DNA of 64,000 nt from Gemmatimonadales bacterium (GTDB taxonomy: Bacteria > Gemmatimonadota > Gemmatimonadetes > Gemmatimonadales > GWC2-71-9), in the NCBI GenBank assembly GCA_036004985.1, contig DASYQX010000073.1:10713-74712 (forward strand). Reading direction: 5' to 3'. The number at the start of each line of letters is the position of its first letter. Position 1 is the first letter of the stretch. This document shows positions 1 to 8,678 of the stretch, piece by piece. Made by a program: the position numbers and the translations under genes. The notes under the pieces were generated by a model, which did not search any database, was not told the DNA's origin, and saw only the letters and a list, made by a program, of their open reading frames with translations.

Positions 1-2
1 TC

Positions 3-143
3 ACGCAGCGCCAGCGCGACAGCATTCTTGCGAAGTCGCGCATCCCGGGCGCGTCGGGCGTGGGGCGCGCGATGAGCGCGGCCGACTCGACGAGCGCGCG
101 GATCCAGCGGGCGAACGCGGTGGCGACGGATACGAGCCGTTAA
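3..143 (+). CDS. 3' end of an unidentified CDS entering from the left edge (partial)
   Basis: Frame is open from the window edge to TAA 141-143, with G/C at nearly all third positions. A hairpin (195-218) and a T-rich run follow. The opposite-strand frame sharing those third positions is also open, but its only start is ATG at 43. No domain recognised. Confidence 0.3.
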   Translation, partial: TQRQRDSILAKSRIPGASGVGRAMSAADSTSARIQRANAVATDTSR

Positions 144-324
144 CACGTGGTCCCCGTGGTTCGGATCCCGTGCCCTTGAAGGGGCCGGTCCTTTAGGACA
201 CGGACTCACTCCCGTCCTGGCCGGTCTCTTTCTGCTCGGCGCCTGCGGGCCCTCGAATCCCTGCTCCGGTCACGAGTTCGGGCGGCTGCGGCGAACCTCC
301 CTCCCCTACGCGGGCCATTGGGTC

Positions 325-687
325 GTGGCGCGGGGCGATACCCTCACCTTTCCCGACTCGCCCCAGATGAGCGACCGCTTCCGGATCGGCGTCGTAGTGT
401 TGGACACGACGACCGTGGTCGTCGGGCGAAGATGCCGGTTTCGCGGACAGATCGTCTTTCGCACCCCGCGCGCCGAGACCCTGGCGGTGCACTGGCTCGG
501 CCAGCAGGAGCAGGCGCTCGTCAGCGGCTGGCCGGCCGACGTCGGGCCCTTCGCCGGGGTGTCACTGGCGTGGTGGGGACGGGACTCGCTGCGCGGGTCC
601 GTGCTGTTCGACTCCCGGCTCGGCGTCCAGGTTCGCCCCGGCGTGACCGCGCAATTCGTGGCCGGGCGGTTATCTTCCCGTCCATGA
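325..687 (+). CDS. hypothetical protein (120 aa; alternative ATG at 367)
   Basis: ORF with strong GC3 bias. Its TGA overlaps the ATG of the next gene (ATGA at 684-687). No family recognised. Confidence 0.6.
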   Translation: MARGDTLTFPDSPQMSDRFRIGVVVLDTTTVVVGRRCRFRGQIVFRTPRAETLAVHWLGQQEQALVSGWPADVGPFAGVSLAWWGRDSLRGSVLFDSRLGVQVRPGVTAQFVAGRLSSRP

Positions 688-1079
688 GAGGCTTCTTCTT
701 CCGCCTGGTCATCACCGCCCTCGGCCTGTGGGCCGCGGCGACGATCGTGCCGGGGGTGACGATCACCGGGTGGCGCGCCCTGATCGTCTCCGCCCTCCTG
801 TTGGGCATCGTCAACGCCGTGATCCGGCCCATCATCCTGATCCTGACGCTGCCCCTTACCGTCCTGACGCTCGGCCTGTTCATCTTCGTGGTGAACGGCA
901 TCTCGCTCGGCGTGGTGGCGTGGCTCGTGCCGGGGTTCGAGCTGGCCGGCCTCGTGTCCGCGACGCTGGGCGCGATCGTCGTGGGGCTGACGAGCTGGTT
1001 CGCCTCCGCCTTCGTCGGCGGCTCGGGCCGCATCGAGCGGATCCAGCGGGTCGAGGTGACCGGCCGCCGGATCGAGTGA
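684..1079 (+). CDS. phage holin family 4-like (PF04020-type) membrane protein
   Basis: MRGFFFRLVITALGLWAAATIVPGV..., four hydrophobic segments typical of this small membrane family. ATG at 684 lies inside the longer 318..1079 ORF. Confidence 0.8.
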   Translation: MRGFFFRLVITALGLWAAATIVPGVTITGWRALIVSALLLGIVNAVIRPIILILTLPLTVLTLGLFIFVVNGISLGVVAWLVPGFELAGLVSATLGAIVVGLTSWFASAFVGGSGRIERIQRVEVTGRRIE

Positions 1080-1106
1080 CGGAGTAGGCGGCTCCTCCCC
1101 GACCGG

Positions 1107-1886
1107 ATGAACTGCAAGCTCTGCGGCGCCACCGACCTGCCGCTGTTCTACACGCAAGGGGACCGGCGCCAGTACCGGTTCTACCGCTGCCCACGCTGCC
1201 GGCTCGTGGTATACGACACGCGCACCGGCGTGAATCAAGAGAAGTACATCCTCTCGCGCGTCGACCCCGAAGCGCCCACGCGCCAGAATCGCGGCCACTG
1301 GCAGACTCATGCCTTTATCCGCCGCCACGCGGCGGCTCCGGGGCGCTTGCTCGATCTGGGCTGCGGCGACGGCACCGTCCTCTGCCTCGCGCGCAAGGAC
1401 GGCTGGACCGTGAAGGGCGTCGAGCTGTTCCCCGAGCAGACGGCGCTGGTGCGGGCGCAGCTCGGGCTCGACGTCGAGACGTCGGACATCATGACGTTCA
1501 ACGGCGGATCGGAGGCGTGGGACTGCGTGGTGCTGACGCACGTGCTGGAGCATCTGCCGGACCCGCTCGCGGCGCTCCGGAAGATCCGCGATCTGTTGAA
1601 GCCCGGCGGCGTCGGCGTGCTCGAGTTCCCCAACATCGACGCCCTCGATGCGCGGCTGCGGCGCCTGCTCGACCGGCTGCACATCCATCGCCGGCACTAC
1701 GCGCCCACGTATGCGCCGGGCCACGTCCAGGAATTCTGCCGCGCGTCGTTCGCGTTCGCCGCCGAGCGCGCCGGGCTCGCGCTCGAGGTGTGGGAGACGT
1801 ACGCCGTCAATCCGGTGAAGTACTTCCTGTTTCGCCTGCTGCCGATCGGCAACAAGGCCCGGGTCCTGGTTCGGAGACCGCGATGA
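1107..1886 (+). CDS. class I SAM-dependent methyltransferase with N-terminal CxxC..CxxC zinc ribbon
   Basis: CKLCG...CPRC ribbon, LDLGCGDG SAM-binding motif, VLEHLPDP motif. Confidence 0.85.
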   Translation: MNCKLCGATDLPLFYTQGDRRQYRFYRCPRCRLVVYDTRTGVNQEKYILSRVDPEAPTRQNRGHWQTHAFIRRHAAAPGRLLDLGCGDGTVLCLARKDGWTVKGVELFPEQTALVRAQLGLDVETSDIMTFNGGSEAWDCVVLTHVLEHLPDPLAALRKIRDLLKPGGVGVLEFPNIDALDARLRRLLDRLHIHRRHYAPTYAPGHVQEFCRASFAFAAERAGLALEVWETYAVNPVKYFLFRLLPIGNKARVLVRRPR

Positions 1887-2968
1887 TCGACGTCGAAACC
1901 CCTGCCCTGCTGCTCCACCTCGACGTCGTGGAGCGGAATCTCACGCGCATGGCGGAGCGGGCGCGCCGCCTGGGCGTGAGCCTGCGGCCGCACATCAAGA
2001 CGCACAAATGCCTCGAGCTGGGCCGGCGCCAGCTCGCGCACGGCGCCGCGGGCATCACAGTGTCGACGTTGTTCGAGGCCGAAGCATTCGCGCGGGCGGG
2101 ATTCTCCGACCTCACCTGGGCGTTTCCGCTCGACCCGACGCACATCCCCCACGTGCGGCGCATCGCCGAGCAGGCGACCCTGCGCGTGGTGCTGGACGAC
2201 CTGCACACGGCCAAGGCGCTGGCGGGGTCGGGGTTGCATGCGTGGCTCAAGGTCGACTGCGGGTACCACCGGGCCGGCGTCGACCCGTCGTCGCAGTACG
2301 CGTTGGACGTGGCGCGCGAGCTCGGTGCCGAGCGCGGCCTGACCTTCGACGGGATTCTGAGCCACTCGGGGCATGCCTACCGGACGCGCAACCGGGCGGA
2401 GGCGGCCCAGGTCGCCGAGCAAGAGCGTCAGGTGATGGTCTGGTTCGCCGAGCTGCTGCGCAAGGACGGGCTGCCCGTGCGGGGGATCAGCGTAGGCTCG
2501 ACGCCGGCGATGGCGGCGGTGGAGAGCCTCGCGGGCGTGACCGAGGGGCGTCCCGGGAACTACATCTTCCACGACCGCACGATGGTGCTGATCGGCTGCT
2601 GCACGCCCGAGGATGTGGGCGTGACGGTCCTGGCGAGCGTCGTGTCACACCAACCCGGTGCCGCGCATTTCGTCGTGGACGCCGGGGCGCTGGCGCTCTC
2701 GAAGGACCTGGGGCCCACCCATCTCGACCTCCCGCCGGCGATGGGCGAAGTGCGGGGCGCGCCGCACCTGACGGTCGCCTCGCTGTCGCAGGAGCATGGG
2801 ATCATCCGCGCCGCCTCTCCGGCGGCGATCGAGGGGAAGTTCAAGGTGGGCGAGCGGGTGGAGCTGGTCCCCAATCATTCGTGTCTAACGATGGCGCACT
2901 TCGATGAGTACACCGTCGTCGAGGGCGGTAAGGTGACGGACCGCTGGAGGATCGAGCGCGGGAGATGA
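1883..2968 (+). CDS. D-TA family PLP-dependent enzyme (alanine racemase N-terminal fold; D-threonine aldolase / D-serine dehydratase-like)
   Basis: TPALLLHLDVVERNLTRMAERARRLGVSLRPHIKTHKC with the PLP lysine context. ATG 1883 overlaps the upstream stop (ATGA). Confidence 0.8.
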   Translation: MIDVETPALLLHLDVVERNLTRMAERARRLGVSLRPHIKTHKCLELGRRQLAHGAAGITVSTLFEAEAFARAGFSDLTWAFPLDPTHIPHVRRIAEQATLRVVLDDLHTAKALAGSGLHAWLKVDCGYHRAGVDPSSQYALDVARELGAERGLTFDGILSHSGHAYRTRNRAEAAQVAEQERQVMVWFAELLRKDGLPVRGISVGSTPAMAAVESLAGVTEGRPGNYIFHDRTMVLIGCCTPEDVGVTVLASVVSHQPGAAHFVVDAGALALSKDLGPTHLDLPPAMGEVRGAPHLTVASLSQEHGIIRAASPAAIEGKFKVGERVELVPNHSCLTMAHFDEYTVVEGGKVTDRWRIERGR

Positions 2969-3369
2969 GCGCGCCCTGGCAGGCCTACGTCGCCATCGCC
3001 TGGGCGCTCGTCGGCCCGCCGCTGCTCGTTTACGCGGCGACCCGGGTGCGCCGCGCCCAAATCCCGCTGCACGCCACCCTCATGATCACCGCCGTGGTGG
3101 TCAGTGTAGGCGTACTGGTATCGTTCGGCTTCGTGGCGGAGCCGAGTCCCCGGCGCGCAGCGCTGATGGCCCTGCCGCTCTTCAAGATCCACCTGGCGTT
3201 CGCGTTCACGGCGCTCGCCGGGATGGCGTGGCAGCTCACGAGCCGTGGCATTCCCAGGCTGCGCGCGCTACACCGCCACACGGGGCCGTATGTGGTGTTC
3301 GTCTGGTGCCTCACGCTGATCACCGGGATCTACAACTTTGTCTTCCTTTACGTGATGGGCTCGCCATGA
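2965..3369 (+). CDS. DUF420-like integral membrane protein
   Basis: 134 aa with four hydrophobic helices. ATGA overlap with the upstream gene. Family assignment made by eye only. Confidence 0.65.
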   Translation: MSAPWQAYVAIAWALVGPPLLVYAATRVRRAQIPLHATLMITAVVVSVGVLVSFGFVAEPSPRRAALMALPLFKIHLAFAFTALAGMAWQLTSRGIPRLRALHRHTGPYVVFVWCLTLITGIYNFVFLYVMGSP

Positions 3370-3647
3370 AAGTCTTCCTGCGTCACTTCTTCATCGCCCT
3401 GCTCCCGCTGGCCTTCGGTGTCGGCGCCGGCTGGGCGTTCGCATTCTCGGTGCCGACCTGCGGCCGTCTGGTGGGGCCGGTCTTCGCCCCCAAGTGCCAC
3501 TGGATGCAGCTCGAGTATTACATTCAGTTTCAAGTGGCCGGCACGGCGCTCGGGTGTCTCATCGCGACCATCCTGGGCACCTGGCTGGAACTTCGCAGGC
3601 GCCGCGCCGTACAACGGTCGGACTCCAACCAAGGAGGGCCGTCATGA
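3366..3647 (+). CDS. small membrane protein (93 aa)
   Basis: MKVFLRHFFIALLPLAFGVGAGWAF..., two or three hydrophobic segments. ATGA overlaps at both ends. Confidence 0.6.
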   Translation: MKVFLRHFFIALLPLAFGVGAGWAFAFSVPTCGRLVGPVFAPKCHWMQLEYYIQFQVAGTALGCLIATILGTWLELRRRRAVQRSDSNQGGPS

Positions 3648-4066
3648 GAAGGATTCTCACCCTGGCCAGCGCCCTGAGTCTTGGGAGCGCAGCCGCCCTG
3701 GTCGCGCAGGACACCACCCGGATGGCGCCCGCTGCGCCGGCGCCCAGCACGGCGACCGTCGAGGCCGTGTTGGCCCGCAGCGTGCTGGACCGGATGCCGC
3801 AAGACACCGGCATCGCCTTCCCCGCCGAGGTCGGCGAGGTGGTGCTGTGGACGCGCGTGACCGGCGGCGAGGGTCAGACGCTCAACCACGTGTGGTTCAA
3901 GGGCGACACGGAAGTCGGGAACGTCCCGCTCATGATCGGCGGGTCGCCGTGGCGCACGTGGAGCCGCAAGACCATTCCGCTTGAGGCAACGGGGGCATGG
4001 CATGTAGAAGTGCGCGACGCGGCGGGGAACGTCCTCAAGAGGATAGATTTCACAGTAGGACAGTAG
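3644..4066 (+). CDS. secreted DUF2914 domain protein
   Basis: Signal peptide MRRILTLASALSLGSAAALVAQ. C-terminal WRTWSRKTI...GAWHVEVRDAAGNVL pattern typical of DUF2914. AAGGAGGG lies upstream. Confidence 0.75.
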   Translation: MRRILTLASALSLGSAAALVAQDTTRMAPAAPAPSTATVEAVLARSVLDRMPQDTGIAFPAEVGEVVLWTRVTGGEGQTLNHVWFKGDTEVGNVPLMIGGSPWRTWSRKTIPLEATGAWHVEVRDAAGNVLKRIDFTVGQ

Positions 4067-4083
4067 CCAAGGACCTGCAGCAC

Positions 4084-4177
4084 CTAGACGCGCAGACGCA
4101 CCGCGGAAGACCGTGAGCAGGAGACGGGAGATGCCACAGCCCACATCCAGTTCACCGCTGTGCGTCTGTGCGTCTAG
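4084..4177. repeat. long-range inverted repeat built from AGACGC words
   Basis: CTAGACGCGCAGACGCAC (4084-4101) versus GTGCGTCTGTGCGTCTAG (4160-4177). 17 of 18 positions are complementary, with a 58-nt spacer. Intergenic. Confidence 0.6.
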
Positions 4178-4217
4178 TCGTGGCCTCTCCTGCTTCCCTA
4201 CTCACTCGACACTGTGC

Positions 4218-4223
4218 TATTCT
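4218..4223 (+). promoter_or_regulatory. putative -10 box TATTCT, 8 nt before ATG 4232
   Basis: TGcTATTCT followed by 8 nt and then ATG, with no Shine-Dalgarno sequence. Fits the recurrent leaderless pattern in this window. Confidence 0.35.
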
Positions 4224-4231
4224 TTTCGGCC

Positions 4232-4594
4232 ATGGATCTCGTCCAGCAAATCGTCGCCAACCTCAAGGTCGAGGAAGGCCAGGCCGAGAAAGGTGTGGGC
4301 GCGATCTTGATGGCGCTGCGCATGTCCGTGGACAAGACCACATTCGAGAAGGTCAAGGCGGTGATCCCGAACAGCGAGAGTTACATGGGGCGCGCGCTGA
4401 TGAGCACAGCGCGCACCGGCGAGATGATCGGGGTCATGGGTCCCGCCGCGTTGATGGCGGGCCTCGCCGCTGCCGGCTTCCGCAAGGACGACGTCCCGCG
4501 GCTCGGCCGCATCGTCCTCGAGCACCTGCGGCCGACGCTCGGCAACCCGGCCGTCGAGAAGTTCCTCGACGGGGCGCCCGCGCTGAAGGGCTAG
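4232..4594 (+). CDS. DUF2780 family protein
   Basis: MDLVQQIVANLKVEEGQAEKGVGAILMAL... resembles DUF2780. An upstream GTG at 4214 is possible but is overlapped by the -10-like box. Confidence 0.7.
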   Translation: MDLVQQIVANLKVEEGQAEKGVGAILMALRMSVDKTTFEKVKAVIPNSESYMGRALMSTARTGEMIGVMGPAALMAGLAAAGFRKDDVPRLGRIVLEHLRPTLGNPAVEKFLDGAPALKG

Positions 4595-5424
4595 GGGAGC
4601 GCTACGAACTGCCCCAGGAACGCCCGCGCGTTCGGCGTGTCGGTGCGGTAATCCCAGCTGGTCGCCCGGCAGGGAAAGTCGCCCGTCGTGACGGTGGCCA
4701 CGATCACATTGAGATTCCCCGCGATGAACTTCGGGCCGCCGGAATCCCCGTAGCAATCCCCGCCCAGATCGGTCGCGCTGATGTTCATGAGCAAGCCGAG
4801 CCACGCGGGCTGCAGCGCCATGAACTCCGACTCCGAGACCTTGCGCAGCCCGTCGTAGGGAAAGTCCGGCACGCCCGTGCGCGTATTCGATGTGCCGTAG
4901 CCGACGTTCACGAAGATCTGATCCGCGAGTCCGCCGGCCTCAGCCAGCTGATCCAAATACCCCGCCGGCGGCAGCCGGTAGATCGTCATGCCCTTCGTGG
5001 CGTTCGCGGGCAGGAACACGACCGCCAGGTCGTGCAAGTCCCCTTGGTCGTGCCCGAAGCCGGGATCGAACGTGTAGCCCGTCGCCTTGATGAACCGGAA
5101 CGAGCGGGCGTACAGGTCGGACGAGAACGAGACGTAGAACTGGGTACCCGGCGGGGTGAACGAGCTGATCACGCAGTGGGCGGCCGTCAGGAACACCGTC
5201 GGCGCGATGAGACTGCCCGTGCACCACTCGTCGTCACCGTTGATGACGCCGTCGCGGTTGAAGTCGAACAGCAGGGCGCCGACGCTCGCGAAGTCGCCAC
5301 CGGTCGGCGTGCCGTTGATGATGAAGCTGGGCTGCTCCGGCGTGGCCGTGGGAGCGTTGCGGTCCGTGCAGGCCGCGGGAACAAGAGAAAGAATCCCGAC
5401 CGCTACCAGGTGCATCGCGCGCAT
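4591..5424 (-). CDS. secreted trypsin-like (S1) serine protease
   Basis: LTAAHCV (His), GDSGGP (Ser), signal/lipoprotein-like N-terminus MRAMHLVAVGILSLVPAAC. GGAGG lies 6 nt upstream of the ATG. Confidence 0.85.
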   Translation of the reverse strand: MRAMHLVAVGILSLVPAACTDRNAPTATPEQPSFIINGTPTGGDFASVGALLFDFNRDGVINGDDEWCTGSLIAPTVFLTAAHCVISSFTPPGTQFYVSFSSDLYARSFRFIKATGYTFDPGFGHDQGDLHDLAVVFLPANATKGMTIYRLPPAGYLDQLAEAGGLADQIFVNVGYGTSNTRTGVPDFPYDGLRKVSESEFMALQPAWLGLLMNISATDLGGDCYGDSGGPKFIAGNLNVIVATVTTGDFPCRATSWDYRTDTPNARAFLGQFVALP

Positions 5425-5509
5425 GAGCTGCCTCCGGTGGGAGTCGAACGGTCCCGACATACGCTGGAAGATGCGCCTCCGCCGGGAACGTGGCAACCGG
5501 CCGCCGCGC

Positions 5510-7921
5510 TCACCGCAGCCGCATGATCCGCCCGACCGACGGCACGCCGTTTCCGTTCACCAGAAAGAGCATGTAGGGCCCCGGGGGAGCGGTGGTGCGG
5601 CTCCCCGGGATCGCGACCGCCAGCCCCCCAGGCGCCTGCGAGAAGCTCAGCGGCACGAGCCGCGCGCCCATATCGAACGCATGCGTCACCGAGCTCAGCC
5701 GGATGAACGTCACCTTCGTGATGCCCGCGCCGTCCGGCGTTTCCACGAAGACGGTCTGACCGTACCCGACCTCGCTGGGCATCGCCCCGGCGATGCTCGG
5801 GCGTGCACCCTGGAAGAGATACGGGGGCGAGAAGAGCTCGTAGTTGAGCTCGTCGATCCCCCCGCCACCGTCCCCGCTGCCGGTGTGGAGCACCCGGCCA
5901 TCCGGCAGCAACATCGACGTCGAGTGGTAGATGCGCGTGACGGCGTTGCTCGCCAGCGTCGTCCACACGCCGGTCGCGGGGTTCCACAGTTCCGCCGCAT
6001 GGACGGCGCCGACGGGGTTGTTGAAGCCGCTGCCGCTCGTGCCGCCGGTGACGAGGACGTCGCCGGTGGGCAGCAGGGTGGCGTTGATCTGCCGGCGGGC
6101 GAACGCCATCGAGCCGGTGTACGCCCACGCCGGACTGGGCTGATTGAGGTCGATAATCTCCGCGGTGTTCGTCGGAGGGTCGCCGCCCCCGACGTAGAGG
6201 ATCTTGCCGGGCCCGTACATGACCGCCGAGCCGAACTCGCGCCACGGGTTGTACTTGCGGACGGGGCCGTCGGTCCAGCTCCCCGAGCCCATCACGCTGA
6301 GATAGCGCGACTGGGGTTCTTCCCCGGCGTAAAAGACGCGCCCGTCGGGCGCTACGAACATGCGCGGATAGTACGGCAGCGACTTGCTCGCCGTCGTGAG
6401 CTGTCGCCAGCTCGTGCCGTCCCAGACTTCTGGAATCGTCACGACCGTTCCGCTCTCGTCTCGTCCGCCGATCGTCAGCATCCGGCCGTCCGGCAACGTC
6501 GTATTGGTCGGATACCATCGCCCCCATGCCATAGCCGGCGCGACCTGCCACGACCCGCTCGCGGCATCGAACACGTTCGTGTTCGGCAACCCGTGGTCGT
6601 TGCTGATGTGCCCGCCGGCGACGAGCAACCGGCCGTCGGGGAGGAAGTCGTGGCCGGCGCAGAACAGCAGCGACGGGGCGGGCACAGCCGTGAAGCTCCC
6701 GGTCGCCGGGTCCCACACCTGCGGATCGCCGTCGTGGCCCCAGCTCAGCACCTTGCCGCTCGGGAGCAGGTTGAGGTGCAGCTGCACGATCGGCGCCGCG
6801 AGCACCGCCGACCATTGGCCGACAACTGCCTCAGGCGGCGGGTTGCCCGACGTCGTCGTCCCGGTCACCACGTTCGACAACCCACCGAACGTGGCGTCCT
6901 GGTTCAGCGTTCCTCGATAGGCCACCAGCTGGACGTCATAGGTAGTGGCGGGAGACAGGCCCTCGACGGTACAGGTCCGATGTGCGCCAATCGTGGTCCC
7001 CCCCACGGGCGTGGTGCAGGTCCCCTGGGCCACCACCGTCGCCGATGCCCAATCGATAGGAGGCCTGGCATAGCGCACGTCGTATGTCGCGGCGTGGCCG
7101 GTCCCGTCGTCGACCTCCGTGAAGCCCAGCGTAAGCGACCTGTCGGATCGCGCCTCCACCGCCAGGTCGGCCACAGTCCCCGGCGCCCCCGGCGCAGGGG
7201 GGGCCGTCACGACGGTGAGATAAGGACGATGGCTGGTCACAGGATCCCGGCTGCTGCCAAAAGACCGATAACGATCCGCTAACCTCGCGGGATCAGAATT
7301 CACCAGGAGACCGAAGTTCGTGGCCGGGTTGCTGAACCAGCCTTGGACAATGGCCGTCACATCCCACTGCTTGAATCCGACGGCCTTGTCGATGTCTCTG
7401 GTATCTACCGAGGGCCCTATGTCCGACTGCGCCAACGGAATGTGGTTGCGACAACAAGCACTTGGAGTCCAACCATTGACCCCGTCGTAGGTGTAGCCTG
7501 TCGCTCTGGTGAGGTCGGGGTTTTTGTTCACGATCTGGTGCACGGTTACCGTGTAGACGGGATCCGTGCTGGCGTCACTCTCCACAAGGTAGAGATTCAA
7601 CGACGCGCTTTGTACCGTCGAGCCAGCAGGGATGCTGGTGAGGTCGAACTTCATCAGAATCGCATTGGCAATGGTGTCGCGCGGCCACGTATACAGGTGG
7701 AGTTGCGGATCCGTCGCGTAGTTTACGGCATCGATGTTGAGATACGTGTCACTAGTTGGAGGGATGACAATGCTGGACGACTGAGCGGCAGCCGGGGCGG
7801 CGCGGGGAGTGGCGGGTTCCGTGGGGCGGTCGCTGTCGCGGCAGGCGTGCAGCAGCAGGAGGTTGATCATGAACGCACCCAGGCCGGTGACCAGGGCACG
7901 TGCGTAGCGGGACCGGGACAT
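5510..7921 (-). CDS. glyoxal/galactose oxidase-like protein (DNRLRE-like + FN3 + kelch propeller + DUF1929)
   Basis: The kelch-type repeats and the C-terminal VTHAFDMG...LFLVNGNGVPS region match the glyoxal oxidase N-terminal/DUF1929 architecture. An FN3-like segment is in the middle. Start could instead be ATG 7963. Confidence 0.8.
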   Translation of the reverse strand: MSRSRYARALVTGLGAFMINLLLLHACRDSDRPTEPATPRAAPAAAQSSSIVIPPTSDTYLNIDAVNYATDPQLHLYTWPRDTIANAILMKFDLTSIPAGSTVQSASLNLYLVESDASTDPVYTVTVHQIVNKNPDLTRATGYTYDGVNGWTPSACCRNHIPLAQSDIGPSVDTRDIDKAVGFKQWDVTAIVQGWFSNPATNFGLLVNSDPARLADRYRSFGSSRDPVTSHRPYLTVVTAPPAPGAPGTVADLAVEARSDRSLTLGFTEVDDGTGHAATYDVRYARPPIDWASATVVAQGTCTTPVGGTTIGAHRTCTVEGLSPATTYDVQLVAYRGTLNQDATFGGLSNVVTGTTTSGNPPPEAVVGQWSAVLAAPIVQLHLNLLPSGKVLSWGHDGDPQVWDPATGSFTAVPAPSLLFCAGHDFLPDGRLLVAGGHISNDHGLPNTNVFDAASGSWQVAPAMAWGRWYPTNTTLPDGRMLTIGGRDESGTVVTIPEVWDGTSWRQLTTASKSLPYYPRMFVAPDGRVFYAGEEPQSRYLSVMGSGSWTDGPVRKYNPWREFGSAVMYGPGKILYVGGGDPPTNTAEIIDLNQPSPAWAYTGSMAFARRQINATLLPTGDVLVTGGTSGSGFNNPVGAVHAAELWNPATGVWTTLASNAVTRIYHSTSMLLPDGRVLHTGSGDGGGGIDELNYELFSPPYLFQGARPSIAGAMPSEVGYGQTVFVETPDGAGITKVTFIRLSSVTHAFDMGARLVPLSFSQAPGGLAVAIPGSRTTAPPGPYMLFLVNGNGVPSVGRIMRLR

Positions 7922-8092
7922 GAGAGGCTCCGGGGGGGGGGGCGCGGCATCGATCGCGTGCATGCTGCGGGCCAACAGAGCGAACCGCCCAGGTGCCTTG
8001 CGATGCAATGGGTTGCGCCGCTGGGCGGGACTCACGAGGCGGAGGAGTGTGTGGAGCGATCGCGTCCGCCGCGGCGCGGCCGCCACGCGGCG

Positions 8093-8677
8093 CTAGAGCA
8101 CCATCCATGCCGCCACCGCGGCCGCCTTGTCTTCCGAGCGCCACGAACCGACGACCTGCTCGCCCAGCGCCGCCACGCGCGCCTTGAGCCGCGGCACCGG
8201 CGTCCGCAGGACCTGCGCTGCCGAAGCGTAGAGCTGCTTTTCCGGGGTGACCTGGGCGCGCAAGCGGCTTTTTCCCGCGGCCGTTTCGATCACTGTCCGA
8301 AACAAGCGACCTTCCTCGGCGTGCGCCCGGATGTGCTCGTTGGCGATTGCCACGGGATCGATCGTGCTGCCCACCACGATCCCCACGCCGCGGATGCGGT
8401 GGCCGGTCGCGCGATACTCGGCGATCAGCTTGGCCACGGAGCGGTGGGCGAAGCGCTCGACCGCGCGGACCAGCCGCGCCACGGACTTCGCGGCCCGCGC
8501 GTCGTGCCGGCCGAGCCCCGCGTGGAAGGGCTGGCGTGCCTCGGGAACGGCGGGATCGGAGAGCTCGGCGATCCGCCGGTCGACGACGCGCGGCGCCCTC
8601 CGCGGACCGGCCAGCAGCACGGCGGTCGCCCAGCCCGACTTGACGCGGAAGCCCAGCGCGGCGGGAGCGGCCTTCAC
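8093..8677 (-). CDS. hypothetical protein (194 aa)
   Basis: ORF with good GC3 bias immediately downstream of lspA. No motif recognised. Confidence 0.6.
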   Translation of the reverse strand: MKAAPAALGFRVKSGWATAVLLAGPRRAPRVVDRRIAELSDPAVPEARQPFHAGLGRHDARAAKSVARLVRAVERFAHRSVAKLIAEYRATGHRIRGVGIVVGSTIDPVAIANEHIRAHAEEGRLFRTVIETAAGKSRLRAQVTPEKQLYASAAQVLRTPVPRLKARVAALGEQVVGSWRSEDKAAAVAAWMVL

Positions 8678-8678
8678 G

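Noticed and set aside
2-139. Minus-strand partial ORF at the left edge (RLVSVATAFARWIRALVESAALIARPTPDAPGMRDFARMLSRWRCV...).
   Set aside because: It shares third-codon positions with the plus-strand frame, so GC3 cannot discriminate. It has an in-frame TAA at 140-142 and no start codon before ATG 43, so I prefer the plus-strand 3' end. This remains unresolved; blastx of 1-143 would decide.
195-233. Hairpin AGGACACGG..CCGTCCT followed by TCTCTTTCT, as a possible terminator of the left-edge gene.
   Set aside because: The stem is short and bulged and the T tract is interrupted. It is mentioned only as supporting context for the orientation of the partial CDS.
144-324. Possible riboswitch or small RNA in the 180-nt spacer before ORF 325. 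CCGGUCCUUUAGGACACGGAC vaguely recalls the guanidine-III motif CCGGUCAGGACAAGACGG.
   Set aside because: The match is only partial. The downstream genes are not guanidine or multidrug exporters. I could not build the required pseudoknot, and no T-loop or tRNA-like fold was found either. cmscan against Rfam would settle it.
306-1724. Long antisense or out-of-frame ORFs in the six-frame track. Examples: 306..1724 (minus), 5156..7282 (plus), 5403..6815 (minus), 9381..12083 (plus), 19627..21171 (plus), 24479..26221 (plus), 31383..32501 (minus), 44382..46739 (minus), 45065..47053 (plus), 49604..51934 (plus).
   Set aside because: They overlap genes with clear domain content on another frame or strand. 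Their translations are Arg/Pro/Gly/Ala-rich low-complexity strings typical of shadow ORFs in high-GC DNA. No motifs were recognisable.
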